From contig CAVXWP010000008.1 in the NCBI GenBank assembly GCA_963765495.1, positions 512,001-576,000 on the forward strand: 64,000 bases of DNA, in the 5' to 3' direction. Positions within the stretch are counted from its first letter, which is position 1; the number at the start of each line of letters is the position of its first letter. Of the stretch, positions 10,332 to 20,260 are shown piece after piece. The DNA comes from Blastocatellia bacterium. GTDB taxonomy: Bacteria; Acidobacteriota; Blastocatellia; UBA7656. Both the position numbers and the translations under genes were made by a program. Under the pieces are notes generated by a model. It ran no database searches. It worked only from the letters and a program-made list of their open reading frames with translations, and had not been told where the DNA came from.

Positions 10332-11309
10332 TTATGATGCGGTGGGTTGGGAGCCCCAGAGCGCAGCCTGTAGTTCGTCAGCCAGTTCCGTAGCGCTATG
10401 TTGACGTTGCTTTGGATCTTTCTTTATTGCGCGGAGCACAACATTTGAGATGGCTTCGGGTATGCTGCTATTCACCTGATTGGGAGGCTTTGGCTGCTCG
10501 ATTACGTGCTTTACCATAACCTGCTGGTAATTCGGCGCTATGAATGGCACCTTCCCGGTCAGCATTTCATAAAGCATGATGCCAAGAGAATAAATGTCTG
10601 AATGGTAATCAATCTGCATCTGACTGCATTGTTCGGGAGACATGTAACTTGGAGTTCCCAGTACCGTTCCTGCAACGGTCAACCCCTGGCGATCTTTTAG
10701 CTTGGCTATGCCGAAATCGAAGACTCGCGCGGTCTCCCTGCCGTCAATTATATCGATCATCACATTTTCAGGTTTGAGGTCGCGGTGGATGATTTCGGCC
10801 TTATGGGCAACCGCGACTCCTGCGCATATCTGCGATCCAAGGTCCACGGCTCGAATCGGTGTAAGAGGGCCTTCTTTATCGAGCAGACCGCGCAGGGGAA
10901 CTCCCTCAATGTATTCCATTACCATGAAGAGGAGCCCGTCGGCGGTCTGCCCAAAATCATTTACCGGCACGATGTTGGGATGCCTTATTCTACCCGATGC
11001 CTCCGCTTCCTGTTTGAATCGCTCAGGCAGCGAGGGGTCAGCATCCGATTCAAGCATCAGAATTTTGACAGCCACCGGCTTGTTGATAAACGTATGGCGA
11101 GCCGCATATACGCCACCCATCCCACCTCGACCGATCAAACGTTCAAGCCTGTACTTATTCTCAAGCAATACTCCAACAAGCGGATCACTCTCTTTTGGAG
11201 GAGCCTCCGGCTGAACGACCGACCCGATCACTTCAAGTTGTCCGCCATCCCTGCGGCAAAACCTGGCTGAATCCTCGTATTCCTGATTGCACTTTGGACA
11301 TCGTTTCAT
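10332..11309 (-). CDS. Hanks-type Ser/Thr protein kinase with N-terminal Zn ribbon, cytoplasmic
   Basis: CPKC...C N-terminus; GRGGMGGVY, HRDLKPEN, DFGIAK, GTPSYMSPE; no transmembrane or sensor domain. Confidence 0.93.
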   Translation of the reverse strand: MKRCPKCNQEYEDSARFCRRDGGQLEVIGSVVQPEAPPKESDPLVGVLLENKYRLERLIGRGGMGGVYAARHTFINKPVAVKILMLESDADPSLPERFKQEAEASGRIRHPNIVPVNDFGQTADGLLFMVMEYIEGVPLRGLLDKEGPLTPIRAVDLGSQICAGVAVAHKAEIIHRDLKPENVMIDIIDGRETARVFDFGIAKLKDRQGLTVAGTVLGTPSYMSPEQCSQMQIDYHSDIYSLGIMLYEMLTGKVPFIAPNYQQVMVKHVIEQPKPPNQVNSSIPEAISNVVLRAIKKDPKQRQHSATELADELQAALWGSQPTAS

Positions 11310-11703
11310 AAAAAACTCTTTCGATTCGCGCTTTTTAGCCTCTGGCGGAATCCATCCGTTAAGCGAGAGGCTCGATAATCAGGGCCTGTTCTTAGAGTAA
11401 CTCGAAGAGGAGCTGACGAGGGCAATTTAATGCAACTGAAAAAGACAAGTCAAGCCGAATGCCGGATGAGCCGGGAGACATTTCAACTCGCCATCCTATC
11501 AAGCTCAGGAAAGGTGATATACGATACAATTTAAATCTTCCGGTTCGCGGGGCGGGTAGCAAGTGGCAATATTGCAAATCCCTGCGCACAACCGACACAT
11601 CCGGCGTCTGATCTAAGATTCATTTGCAGGCGGATATTCTCCCTACCGCACGTGAGGCGGCCCCGAGGAGGCTTTAGCCCTATTCAAACGATTCAGAGCC
11701 TAT

Positions 11704-11719
11704 TGGCATAGTTATTGCA
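11704..11719 (+). promoter_or_regulatory. Sigma54 (-24/-12) promoter
   Basis: TGGCAT-AGTTA-TTGCA with GG and GC exactly 10 nt apart, about 70 nt upstream of the operon's first ATG. Confidence 0.7.
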
Positions 11720-11789
11720 CAAATATTGTAAACAGGGAGTTTTAGAGTGCCTTCGATCATATCCGACCTCAATGAAAGGAGAGATAACG

Positions 11790-13544
11790 ATGGCTAGAAC
11801 CGTAGCCGAAATCTTAATCGACAGGTTAATAGAATGGGGAGTGGATACAATCTTCGGGCTACCTGGAGATGGTATAAACGGGCTATTCGAAGCTCTGCGA
11901 ACCAATAGCGAGAAGCTGAGATTAATTCAGGTGCGCCACGAGGAAGCGGCTGCATTTGCTGCCTGTGGGTATGCCAAGTATTCGGGCAGGCTGGGTGTGT
12001 GCATGGCTACGTCAGGTCCCGGCGGGATACATTTATTGAATGGACTTTATGACGCGAAGTTGGATGGACAGCCTGTGCTTGCCATTACCGGCCACACGTT
12101 TCACGATCTGATTGGGACGCACTTTCAGCAGGACGTGGATCTTGACAAATTATTCATGGATGTGGCCGCATACAACGAGCGCGTAATGGGACCGGCCCAC
12201 GTCAATAATGTTGTGGACGAAGCGATAAAGACCGCGCTCTCGCAGAGGACTGTCGCCCACATCACTATCCCAAAAGATATACAGGATTGGAACGATTCAG
12301 ACGCCGAACGAACGAGCATGAATATCTCGAAGCACAGCGGGGATATATTTTCCGCGGCACATCCGCTGCCTCCTCCCGAACAGCTTGAGCAGGCAGCGGC
12401 CGTAATAAACAGAGGTTCAAAGGTAGCGATTCTTGCGGGAGCCGGGGCTCTGAGCGCGAGAGAGCAGGTGACGGAACTCGCCGAAAAAGTCGGAGGAGTT
12501 ATCATCAAGGCGCTCCTGGGCAAGGCCGTGGTCCCTGATGACAGCCCTTACACTACAGGAGGGCTTGGACTGCTTGGGACAGGTCCATCGACCGATGCGA
12601 TGTCCGGCTGTGATACGTTGATCATTGTCGGCAGCAGTTTTCCTTATATCGAATTCTATCCCAAACCTGGGAAGGCAAAGGCCGTGCAGATCGATATTGA
12701 TCCGGCGAGGCTCGGGTTGAGGTATCCAATCGAAGTTGGGCTTGTAGGCGACTGCATGGTTGTCTTGAGGGCGTTACTTCCTTTGATCGAGCGCAAGGAG
12801 GATCGAAGTTTTCTCAAAGAAGCGCAGAAGAATATGAACGACTGGAACGAGTTGATGGACGTGCGAGGAAGCCGTATGGACAGCCCCATGAAACCGCAGG
12901 TGGTCGTACATCGGCTAAATAGATTTCTGGATGATGACGCCATTATCGTGAGCGACACGGGAACAGTGACTACCTGGGCTGCGCGCCACATCAAGTTGCG
13001 AAAGAACATGCAGTTTTCGGCGTCCGGGACACTGGCGACCATGGCAAACGGGCTTCCGTATGCGATAGGTGCAGCCGTTGCCTTTCCTGATCGGCAGGTC
13101 GTCGCCCTAGTAGGGGACGGCGGGTTCACCATGCTGATGGGAGAAGTGGCCACTCTGGTCAAGTACGGGCTCGCTGTAAAGATCATAATCATCAAGAACA
13201 ACACATTGGGACAGATCAAGTGGGAGCAGATCGTGCTCGAAGGCAACCCGCAATTCGGGGTCGATTTGCAGCCTATAGACTTTGCCGCATTCGCGAGGTC
13301 CTGCGGGGTCCTTGGGCTCACTCTCGATGATCCGAGCAAGACAGAAATGGTCCTGGAGGAAGCGATGAATCACGATGGGCCTGCGATTGTTGAAGCCGTC
13401 GTAGACGCAAACGAACCTCCGATGCCCGGCAAGATCACAACGAAGCAGGCGCTGAAATTCGTCGAAGCGCTGGCGAGAGGCGAGAAAGACAGGTTCGATA
13501 TAATCGAGACTGTGATTGAAGATCGGGTGAGAGAGGTTATTTGA
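11790..13544 (+). CDS. Thiamine-diphosphate-dependent pyruvate oxidase/dehydrogenase-like enzyme (PoxB/YdaP family)
   Basis: FGLPGDGING, VRHEEAAAF, TSGPGGIHLLNGLYDAK, GDGGFTM...NN TPP motif; SD AAGGAG before ATG 11790. Confidence 0.88.
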   Translation: MARTVAEILIDRLIEWGVDTIFGLPGDGINGLFEALRTNSEKLRLIQVRHEEAAAFAACGYAKYSGRLGVCMATSGPGGIHLLNGLYDAKLDGQPVLAITGHTFHDLIGTHFQQDVDLDKLFMDVAAYNERVMGPAHVNNVVDEAIKTALSQRTVAHITIPKDIQDWNDSDAERTSMNISKHSGDIFSAAHPLPPPEQLEQAAAVINRGSKVAILAGAGALSAREQVTELAEKVGGVIIKALLGKAVVPDDSPYTTGGLGLLGTGPSTDAMSGCDTLIIVGSSFPYIEFYPKPGKAKAVQIDIDPARLGLRYPIEVGLVGDCMVVLRALLPLIERKEDRSFLKEAQKNMNDWNELMDVRGSRMDSPMKPQVVVHRLNRFLDDDAIIVSDTGTVTTWAARHIKLRKNMQFSASGTLATMANGLPYAIGAAVAFPDRQVVALVGDGGFTMLMGEVATLVKYGLAVKIIIIKNNTLGQIKWEQIVLEGNPQFGVDLQPIDFAAFARSCGVLGLTLDDPSKTEMVLEEAMNHDGPAIVEAVVDANEPPMPGKITTKQALKFVEALARGEKDRFDIIETVIEDRVREVI

Positions 13545-13559
13545 GAGTGAGCAGGAAAG

Positions 13560-14672
13560 ATGAACAGCAAGAATGAGGAAGCAATTTCGATAGAGAGGAT
13601 AGATGTTTCGGCTTATAGAGTGCCTACCGATTTACCTGAATCTGACGGCACATTAGAGTGGGATTCCACCACAATCGTCATCGTAGAGGCGAGCGCAGCC
13701 GGTGCTACAGGGATCGGTTACACCTATTCAAGCACATCTGCAGCAAAGTTGATAAAAGATAAGCTTGGCCGGGTTGTCGAGGGGCAGAATGCTATGAACG
13801 TGCCGGAAGCCTGGCAAGCTATGGTGCATTCCATTCGAAACCTTGGGCGGCCCGGGATCGCATCAACGGCAATCGCGGCGCTTGACATCGCGCTCTGGGA
13901 TTTGAAGGCTCACCTGCTCGGAGTGCCTCTCTCCACTCTCTTCGGGAGTGCGCGTAAAAATATCCCAGTATATGGGAGCGGCGGTTTTACATCGTACACG
14001 ATAGAGCAACTTCAGAAACAACTGAGTGGCTGGGTCGAGCAAGGGATTCCTCGCGTAAAGATGAAAGTAGGGCGCGAACCCGAAAAGGACCTCAGACGTG
14101 TGCGGGCTGCGCGAGAAGCAATCGGGCCGGATGCTCAGTTATTCGTAGATGCAAACGGTGCGTACAGTCGCAAGCAGGCGCTCGCATTTGCGGATGTCTT
14201 TTCAGATTTTGGCGTCACCTGGTTTGAAGAGCCCGTCTCATCGGATGACCTTGAAGGGTTAAGGCTTATACGTGACCGCGCGCCCTCGGGGATAGATATA
14301 ACAGCGGGCGAATATGGGTATGACCTGTTCTACTTTCAGAGGATGCTCGATGCCGGGGCGGTTGATGTATTACAGGCCGACGTTACCAGATGCGCGGGTA
14401 TGACGGAATTTCTTCGCGTAGGAGCCCTATGCCAGGCTCAACCAGTTCCGCTTTCCGCGCATACCGCGCCGACCTTGCATGTTCATGTTTGCTCATCGCT
14501 TCCAGTAGTCCGCCATCTTGAATACTTCCACGATCATGTTCGAATCGAAAGGATATTCTTCAACGGAGCACCTGAGCCGCGAAACGGCGTATTGCAACCG
14601 AACCTTACAAGGCCGGGAATGGGGCTTGAGTTAAGGAGAGCAGATGTCGAACAGTACAGAGCCAGTATTTAA
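13560..14672 (+). CDS. Mandelate racemase/muconate-lactonizing (enolase superfamily) protein
   Basis: DIALWDLKA, KMKVG, VDANG, WFEEP, AGEY metal ligands, SAH. Confidence 0.9.
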   Translation: MNSKNEEAISIERIDVSAYRVPTDLPESDGTLEWDSTTIVIVEASAAGATGIGYTYSSTSAAKLIKDKLGRVVEGQNAMNVPEAWQAMVHSIRNLGRPGIASTAIAALDIALWDLKAHLLGVPLSTLFGSARKNIPVYGSGGFTSYTIEQLQKQLSGWVEQGIPRVKMKVGREPEKDLRRVRAAREAIGPDAQLFVDANGAYSRKQALAFADVFSDFGVTWFEEPVSSDDLEGLRLIRDRAPSGIDITAGEYGYDLFYFQRMLDAGAVDVLQADVTRCAGMTEFLRVGALCQAQPVPLSAHTAPTLHVHVCSSLPVVRHLEYFHDHVRIERIFFNGAPEPRNGVLQPNLTRPGMGLELRRADVEQYRASI

Positions 14673-14690
14673 AAAGAAAGTAGAGCTATC

Positions 14691-15074
14691 ATGAAAAACA
14701 AGCCAATTGGGAAGACGCGATGGGCCATAGCCGAAGGTTATATTCCAGATTGGAGCAACGGCCCCGAACCGGAGATGATCAGTCACGAGGCGGTTTGTCT
14801 GCTAAACACATCCGACAACGAAGCGCACATAGAGATTACGATCTTTTACTCAGACCGAGACCCGGCAGGACCATACCGGGTGACGGTTCCGGGCAGACGG
14901 ACAAAACATATCCGCTTTAACGAAATGAAAAGCCCTGAGCCGATACCTCGCGGGACCGATTACGCCAGCCTGATCGAATCGGATGTCCCTATAGTTGTTC
15001 AGCATACACGACTCGATTCCAGGCAGGCCGAAAATGGCTTGATAAGCACAATCGCTTACCCCGATCAATCATAG
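14691..15074 (+). CDS. Anabaena sensory rhodopsin transducer (ASRT)-family protein
   Basis: IGKTRWAIAEGYIP, SHEAVCLLN, RRTKHIRFN, SDVPIVVQHTRLDSRQ. Confidence 0.85.
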   Translation: MKNKPIGKTRWAIAEGYIPDWSNGPEPEMISHEAVCLLNTSDNEAHIEITIFYSDRDPAGPYRVTVPGRRTKHIRFNEMKSPEPIPRGTDYASLIESDVPIVVQHTRLDSRQAENGLISTIAYPDQS

Positions 15075-15101
15075 CTTGAAAACGGAAACGGAAGGCAGGA
15101 T

Positions 15102-18100
15102 ATGACCGCAATCAATGTAATGGATTTTCCCACGACCAATATTGCCTACGGTTCAGGCAATTTAAAAAGGACCGATGTAGAGGTTGAGGGACTTGAAGCA
15201 GAGTTGCGCAAGAGGCTGCGCGGCGAAGTCCGATTTGATAATGGAAGCCGGGCGTTATACTCAACCGACGCATCAAACTACAGACAAATCCCCATTGGCG
15301 TTGTGATACCACGTGACAGCCAGGATGTGAGTGAGGCCATCGCGGTGGCGCGCCGGTTTGGCGCACCAGTTCTTGCGCGAGGCGGGGGTACAAGTCTGGC
15401 CGGGCAGTGTTGCAACGTGGCCGTTATCCTCGATATGTCGAAGTACATGAACAGGGTTATCGAAGTGGATACTGGCAGGCGGATCGCAAGAGTGCAACCG
15501 GGCACAATTCTTGATGATCTGCGCGATGCGGCGGAAAGATATAAACTGACGTTCGGACCCGACCCGGCTACGCACAATCACTGCACGCTTGGAGGCATGC
15601 TTGGCAATGATTCTTGCGGGATTCACTCTATCCTCGCGGCATATCACAGCGACGGAGCACGAACGGCGGATCAGGTCGAAGAGCTTGAGATATTGACCTA
15701 TGACGGGCTGAAAATGCGTGTAGGCAAGACGAGCGACGAAGAGTATGAGAGGATTGTTTACGAGGGCGGGCGACGCGGTGAAATTTATAAAAGGCTTAAG
15801 AATCTACAAGACAAATATGCTCGCGAAATCCGCGAAAGATTCCCCGACATCCCTCGCAGGGTATCGGGCTATAACCTCCCCTACCTATTGCCGGAAAACG
15901 GTTTCAATATTGCCCGCTCTCTGGTTGGCAGCGAAGGCACTTGCGTAACTATCCTCGAAGCAACAGTGGGGCTCATTCCGAACCCCGCTGCCAGATCGCT
16001 CCTTGTCCTGGGCTATCCTGATGTATACACGGCGGGCGACCACGTTCCAGAGATAATGCAATACAGACCAATCGGGCTTGAAGGGATAGACCACAGGCTC
16101 GTGACATACATGGAGCGAAAAGGGTTGCACACGCAAGACATTACCATCCTCCCGGAGGGGGGCGGATGGTTGCTTGTTGAGTTCGGCGGCAACAGCAAGG
16201 ATGATGCGGATGAGAAGGCGCGGCGTTTGATGGCGGAACTCAGAAAGAAGAGTGACGCTCCTTCTATGAAGCTCTTCGACGACGAGGAGGAAGAGAGTAA
16301 GGTTTGGGAGGTTAGAGAATCAGGGCTTGGAGCTACGGCGCATGTTCCGGGTATGAGCAGCACCTGGCCGGGATGGGAAGACTCATCGGTTTCGCCGGAA
16401 AAGCTTGGGGGGTATCTACGCGACCTTCGCAAGCTGTTCAACCGGTATGGGTACGAATGCGCGTTATACGGCCATTTTGGGCAGGGATGTGTTCATGTGC
16501 GTATCGATTTCGATTTGCTGACCCGCGAGGGCATTGATCAATACCTGGCCTTTATAAATGATGCGGCAGAACTTGTGGTCTCTTACGGCGGATCGCTTTC
16601 AGGGGAGCACGGCGACGGGCAGGCAAGGGCTGCGTTGCTCCCCATAATGTACGGCGAGAGGTTGATGGAGGCCTTTCGTGAATTCAAATCTATATGGGAC
16701 CCGGAATGGAAGATGAATCCGGGCAAGATAATCGAAGCCTACGCGCCGGATCAGAACCTGAGGGTCGGCAGCGATTACAAGCCCCGCCACCCTTCGACTC
16801 ATTTTCACTTTCCCGACGACAACGGAGATTTCGCAAACTCCACACTGCGGTGCGTTGGGGTAGGCAAATGCAGGAGGCTTGATGGCGGCACCATGTGTCC
16901 AAGCTTCATGGCTACACGCGAAGAGGAGCATTCGACAAGGGGTCGCGCGCGGATGCTTTTCGAAATGCTCGAAGGCGATGTAATAGGCAAAGACGGCTGG
17001 CACGATGAGCATGTTAAAGAGGCGCTCGATCTATGTCTTGCCTGTAAAGGGTGCAAGAGTGATTGTCCTGTAAACGTAGATATGGCCACATACAAGGCCG
17101 AATTCCTTTCACATTATTATGAAGGACGACTCAGGCCTCGGTCCGCCTATGCATTCGGCTTGATCTACTGGTGGTCACGGGTGGCATCGATGATGCCCGG
17201 TATAGTTAACTTCTTTACGCAGACACCCGGTTTGAGTCTCGCGACCAAACTGTTTGCAGGAGTCGCAAAGGAGCGTCGGATACCTCGCTATGCCGGGCAA
17301 ACATTTAAGGAATGGTTCCGAAACCGCAAGTATCCTTTGAGGAATGGACCCAGAGCCATTCTATGGCCCGATACATTTAACAACCATTTCCACCCTGAAA
17401 CTGCGAAGGCCGCGGTCGAAGTTTTGGAGTCGGCGGGTTATCAGCTAATTGTACCCGAACGATCTCTTTGCTGTGGCCGCCCGCTATACGATTATGGATT
17501 TCTCGATCTTGCCCGAAAGATGCTTGAAGAGATTCTCGAGAGATTGCGCGACGAGATTCGGGCCGGGACTCCAATCATAGGGCTTGAGCCCAGTTGCGTG
17601 GCAGTCTTCCGCGATGAGCTTCCGAATCTTTTCCCCTTCGACGAAGATGCCGTCAGGCTCAAGGGCCAGGTATATCTCTTCAGTGAGTTCCTCCAGACGA
17701 CCAACGGGTATGAGATTCCCCGCCTTCATAAAAAGGCCATCGTCCACGGGCATTGTCACCACAAGGCGATAATGGGACTGGACGATGAAAGGAGTATCCT
17801 GGACAGACTGGAACTGGATTATGAGATTCTCGATTCCGGTTGCTGTGGGATGGCCGGGAGCTTTGGGTTTGAGGGAGGAGACCATTATGACGTTTCAATA
17901 AAGGCAGGCGAGCGAGTGCTGTTGCCCACGGTCAGAAAAGCTGCAAAAGAGACCCTCATCATAGCAGACGGTTTCAGTTGCAGAGCCCAGATTTCGCAGG
18001 CTACAAACCGTCACGCACTACACCTCGCGCAGGTCATCCAGATGGCGATCAGGGAGGGGCCGGATGGCTCTGCATCTGCATACCCCGAAGACGGCTACAT

Positions 18101-18221
18101 AACAGATTCAGATAATTCCATGCCCTCGACGATTCTACGTATAGCAACGGCCGCATGTGCAGGGATAGTTGCGGGCGGGGCTATCGGATGGTTGTTTATG
18201 AAAGCGTGTGGGAAGAGATGA
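15102..18221 (+). CDS. FAD-binding and Fe-S-binding oxidoreductase (GlcD/YdiJ-like fusion)
   Basis: RGGGTSLAGQ FAD motif, GHFGQGCVH, SGEHGDG, CVGVGKC..MCPS, CLACKGCKSDCP, CCG domains. Confidence 0.9.
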   Translation: MTAINVMDFPTTNIAYGSGNLKRTDVEVEGLEAELRKRLRGEVRFDNGSRALYSTDASNYRQIPIGVVIPRDSQDVSEAIAVARRFGAPVLARGGGTSLAGQCCNVAVILDMSKYMNRVIEVDTGRRIARVQPGTILDDLRDAAERYKLTFGPDPATHNHCTLGGMLGNDSCGIHSILAAYHSDGARTADQVEELEILTYDGLKMRVGKTSDEEYERIVYEGGRRGEIYKRLKNLQDKYAREIRERFPDIPRRVSGYNLPYLLPENGFNIARSLVGSEGTCVTILEATVGLIPNPAARSLLVLGYPDVYTAGDHVPEIMQYRPIGLEGIDHRLVTYMERKGLHTQDITILPEGGGWLLVEFGGNSKDDADEKARRLMAELRKKSDAPSMKLFDDEEEESKVWEVRESGLGATAHVPGMSSTWPGWEDSSVSPEKLGGYLRDLRKLFNRYGYECALYGHFGQGCVHVRIDFDLLTREGIDQYLAFINDAAELVVSYGGSLSGEHGDGQARAALLPIMYGERLMEAFREFKSIWDPEWKMNPGKIIEAYAPDQNLRVGSDYKPRHPSTHFHFPDDNGDFANSTLRCVGVGKCRRLDGGTMCPSFMATREEEHSTRGRARMLFEMLEGDVIGKDGWHDEHVKEALDLCLACKGCKSDCPVNVDMATYKAEFLSHYYEGRLRPRSAYAFGLIYWWSRVASMMPGIVNFFTQTPGLSLATKLFAGVAKERRIPRYAGQTFKEWFRNRKYPLRNGPRAILWPDTFNNHFHPETAKAAVEVLESAGYQLIVPERSLCCGRPLYDYGFLDLARKMLEEILERLRDEIRAGTPIIGLEPSCVAVFRDELPNLFPFDEDAVRLKGQVYLFSEFLQTTNGYEIPRLHKKAIVHGHCHHKAIMGLDDERSILDRLELDYEILDSGCCGMAGSFGFEGGDHYDVSIKAGERVLLPTVRKAAKETLIIADGFSCRAQISQATNRHALHLAQVIQMAIREGPDGSASAYPEDGYITDSDNSMPSTILRIATAACAGIVAGGAIGWLFMKACGKR

Positions 18222-18310
18222 TTTTTTTGACTGGCTTAACAAGATTTACGGGATTTCCCCAATCATTTTTGAATCCTCTAATACTAAATCTTTTCAGATG
18301 AGGCCGATGA

Positions 18311-19612
18311 TTAAGACATCCATTCGGCGACAGAAGAGTCTCTGCGGATAATAGTCTCGTTGCGTTCAGGGCCGGTTGAGATCATACCAACCTGCGCGCC
18401 CGTCAGTTCTTCTATCCGCTTGACATAGCTTTTGGCGGCCGTAGGCAAATCGTCGTACTCAGTGATCCCGCTTGTATCGGTCACCCAACCGGGATGGGTT
18501 TCATAGACCGGGACGCATTCGGCGAGAATGCTTGCACCGTAGGGCATTTCATCCAGCCGCTCACCGCGAAAATCGTAAGCTATACATATTTTGATTTCAG
18601 CGAGCTCATCAAGCACGTCGAGTTTTGTCAGCGCGATGGAATCAAACCCGTTCAGCATAGTCGAATAGCGAACGACCACGGCATCAAACCACCCGGTACG
18701 ACGGGGCCTCCCCGTTGACGCCCCATACTCGTTTCCGCGTTTTTGCAGGTGCGCCCCTGTTGCATCCAGGAGTTCGGTAGGGAACGGCCCTCCGCCAACA
18801 CGGGTAGTATAGGCTTTCGCAATTCCGAGCGCCCCCGTTAGATAGCGGGGAGCAAGGCCGCTCCCCGTCGAGGCCCCTCCTGCCGTCGCATTTGATGAAG
18901 TGACGAATGGATATGTGCCATGGTCCACATCCAGCATGGTTCCCTGAGCCCCTTCGAGAAGAATGTTCTTCCCTTCTTCAATCGCCCTGTTTAGCAGCGC
19001 CGACGTATCCCGCACAAAAGGTTTTAGTCGGAGAGCCCCGGTCAAATAGTCGTCAATGACGCTGACAACATCAAGAGGCTCACAGTCGAGCGACACGAGT
19101 TCACGGTTTGCGTCTTCTACATACTGTCGCAATTTCTCGTTCAGCAGATCGGGATAGAGGAGGTCCCCGGCGCGTACGCCTGTCCGGGCCGCCTTGTCTT
19201 CGTAAGCAGGGCCGATGCCGCGCATGGTGGTCCCTACGGAGTTTGCTCCGAGTTTCTGTTCACGAGCGCAATCGAGCGAGATATGATAAGGCAGAATCAG
19301 ATGAGCTCGACTTGATATAAACAGACGATTCTCGCATTCGATTCCCATCTGGCGGAGTTCTTCAATCTCGGCGTTGAAGGCGGACGGCTCAACCACTACA
19401 CCGTTTCCGATAACGCACAAGCATTCCTCGTGAAGAATGCCGGAAGGGATAAGATGAAGGACAAATTTGCGGTCGCTTATTCGGACCGTGTGGCCCGCAT
19501 TATGGCCACCTTGATACCTTGCAACGACACTGAAATAAGGGGCTAAGATGTCAACGACTTTCCCCTTGCCTTCATCTCCCCATTGCGCTCCTACTACGAC
19601 TATATTCTTCAT
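18311..19612 (-). CDS. purA: Adenylosuccinate synthetase
   Basis: GAQWGDEGKGK, GGHNAGHT, EGAQG, TTRVGGGPFPTE, TKLDVL. Confidence 0.97.
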   Translation of the reverse strand: MKNIVVVGAQWGDEGKGKVVDILAPYFSVVARYQGGHNAGHTVRISDRKFVLHLIPSGILHEECLCVIGNGVVVEPSAFNAEIEELRQMGIECENRLFISSRAHLILPYHISLDCAREQKLGANSVGTTMRGIGPAYEDKAARTGVRAGDLLYPDLLNEKLRQYVEDANRELVSLDCEPLDVVSVIDDYLTGALRLKPFVRDTSALLNRAIEEGKNILLEGAQGTMLDVDHGTYPFVTSSNATAGGASTGSGLAPRYLTGALGIAKAYTTRVGGGPFPTELLDATGAHLQKRGNEYGASTGRPRRTGWFDAVVVRYSTMLNGFDSIALTKLDVLDELAEIKICIAYDFRGERLDEMPYGASILAECVPVYETHPGWVTDTSGITEYDDLPTAAKSYVKRIEELTGAQVGMISTGPERNETIIRRDSSVAEWMS

Positions 19613-19619
19613 AAGAGTA

Positions 19620-19782
19620 CGGCCTCGGTGCCTCATCGCAACCTCCACAGACTTGAAACCCTCTCCTCAAGGCGGTTGAGCACCCGAGGATCGACCAGAT
19701 CATTGGAAGCCGGGAATGGAGGAGAAACCCTCCTGAACAGACAGGCAGGCGCACACAGACAATGGCCGGATATGCGCCTGCG
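19620..19782 (-). ncRNA. Candidate structured RNA between trxA and purA (cis-regulatory leader or 6S-like RNA)
   Basis: Several stems: GCAGGCGCA/TGCGCCTGC, TCTCCTC/GAGGAGA, CCCG/CGGG, CTTGA/TCAAG; GAGGGTTTC occurs twice; no credible CDS. Confidence 0.3.
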
Positions 19783-19829
19783 ATCTTATTTGAGCAGGCA
19801 AGGATTGGCCTGCTTACATATGCTGAGAG

Positions 19830-20165
19830 CTACCCTCCAATGGCGCGGTCAATCATCCGGGCAATATTATCCTTGGATGTCACCCCGACGACACGGTCTG
19901 CTTCATTCCCGCTCTTAAAGAGAATAAGGGTAGGAATCCCCTTGATGCCGAGTTGTTGCGCGGTCTGGTTATTGTCATCTACATTGAGCTTATAGACCTT
20001 CGCCTTACCTTCGTACTGTTGAGCAACGGCCTCGACAGTGGGCGCGAGCATGCGGCAGGGCTGGCACCAGGCGGCCCAAAAATCTACGAGCACAGGCACA
20101 TCCGATTGCAAAACATCTTTTTCAAAATTCTCATCCGTGACTTCATTCACAAAATCGCTCATCAT
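19830..20165 (-). CDS. trxA: Thioredoxin
   Basis: [23 protein letters not shown]. Confidence 0.95.
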   Translation of the reverse strand: MMSDFVNEVTDENFEKDVLQSDVPVLVDFWAAWCQPCRMLAPTVEAVAQQYEGKAKVYKLNVDDNNQTAQQLGIKGIPTLILFKSGNEADRVVGVTSKDNIARMIDRAIGG

Positions 20166-20260
20166 TTACCTCCAAATATTATTGCCGGTTAGAAGGGCCG
20201 GTTCCTGAAACCCGAAGCATTCCACACTCGGAAGGTTAAATTCAAACTCCGGCCGCAAAA

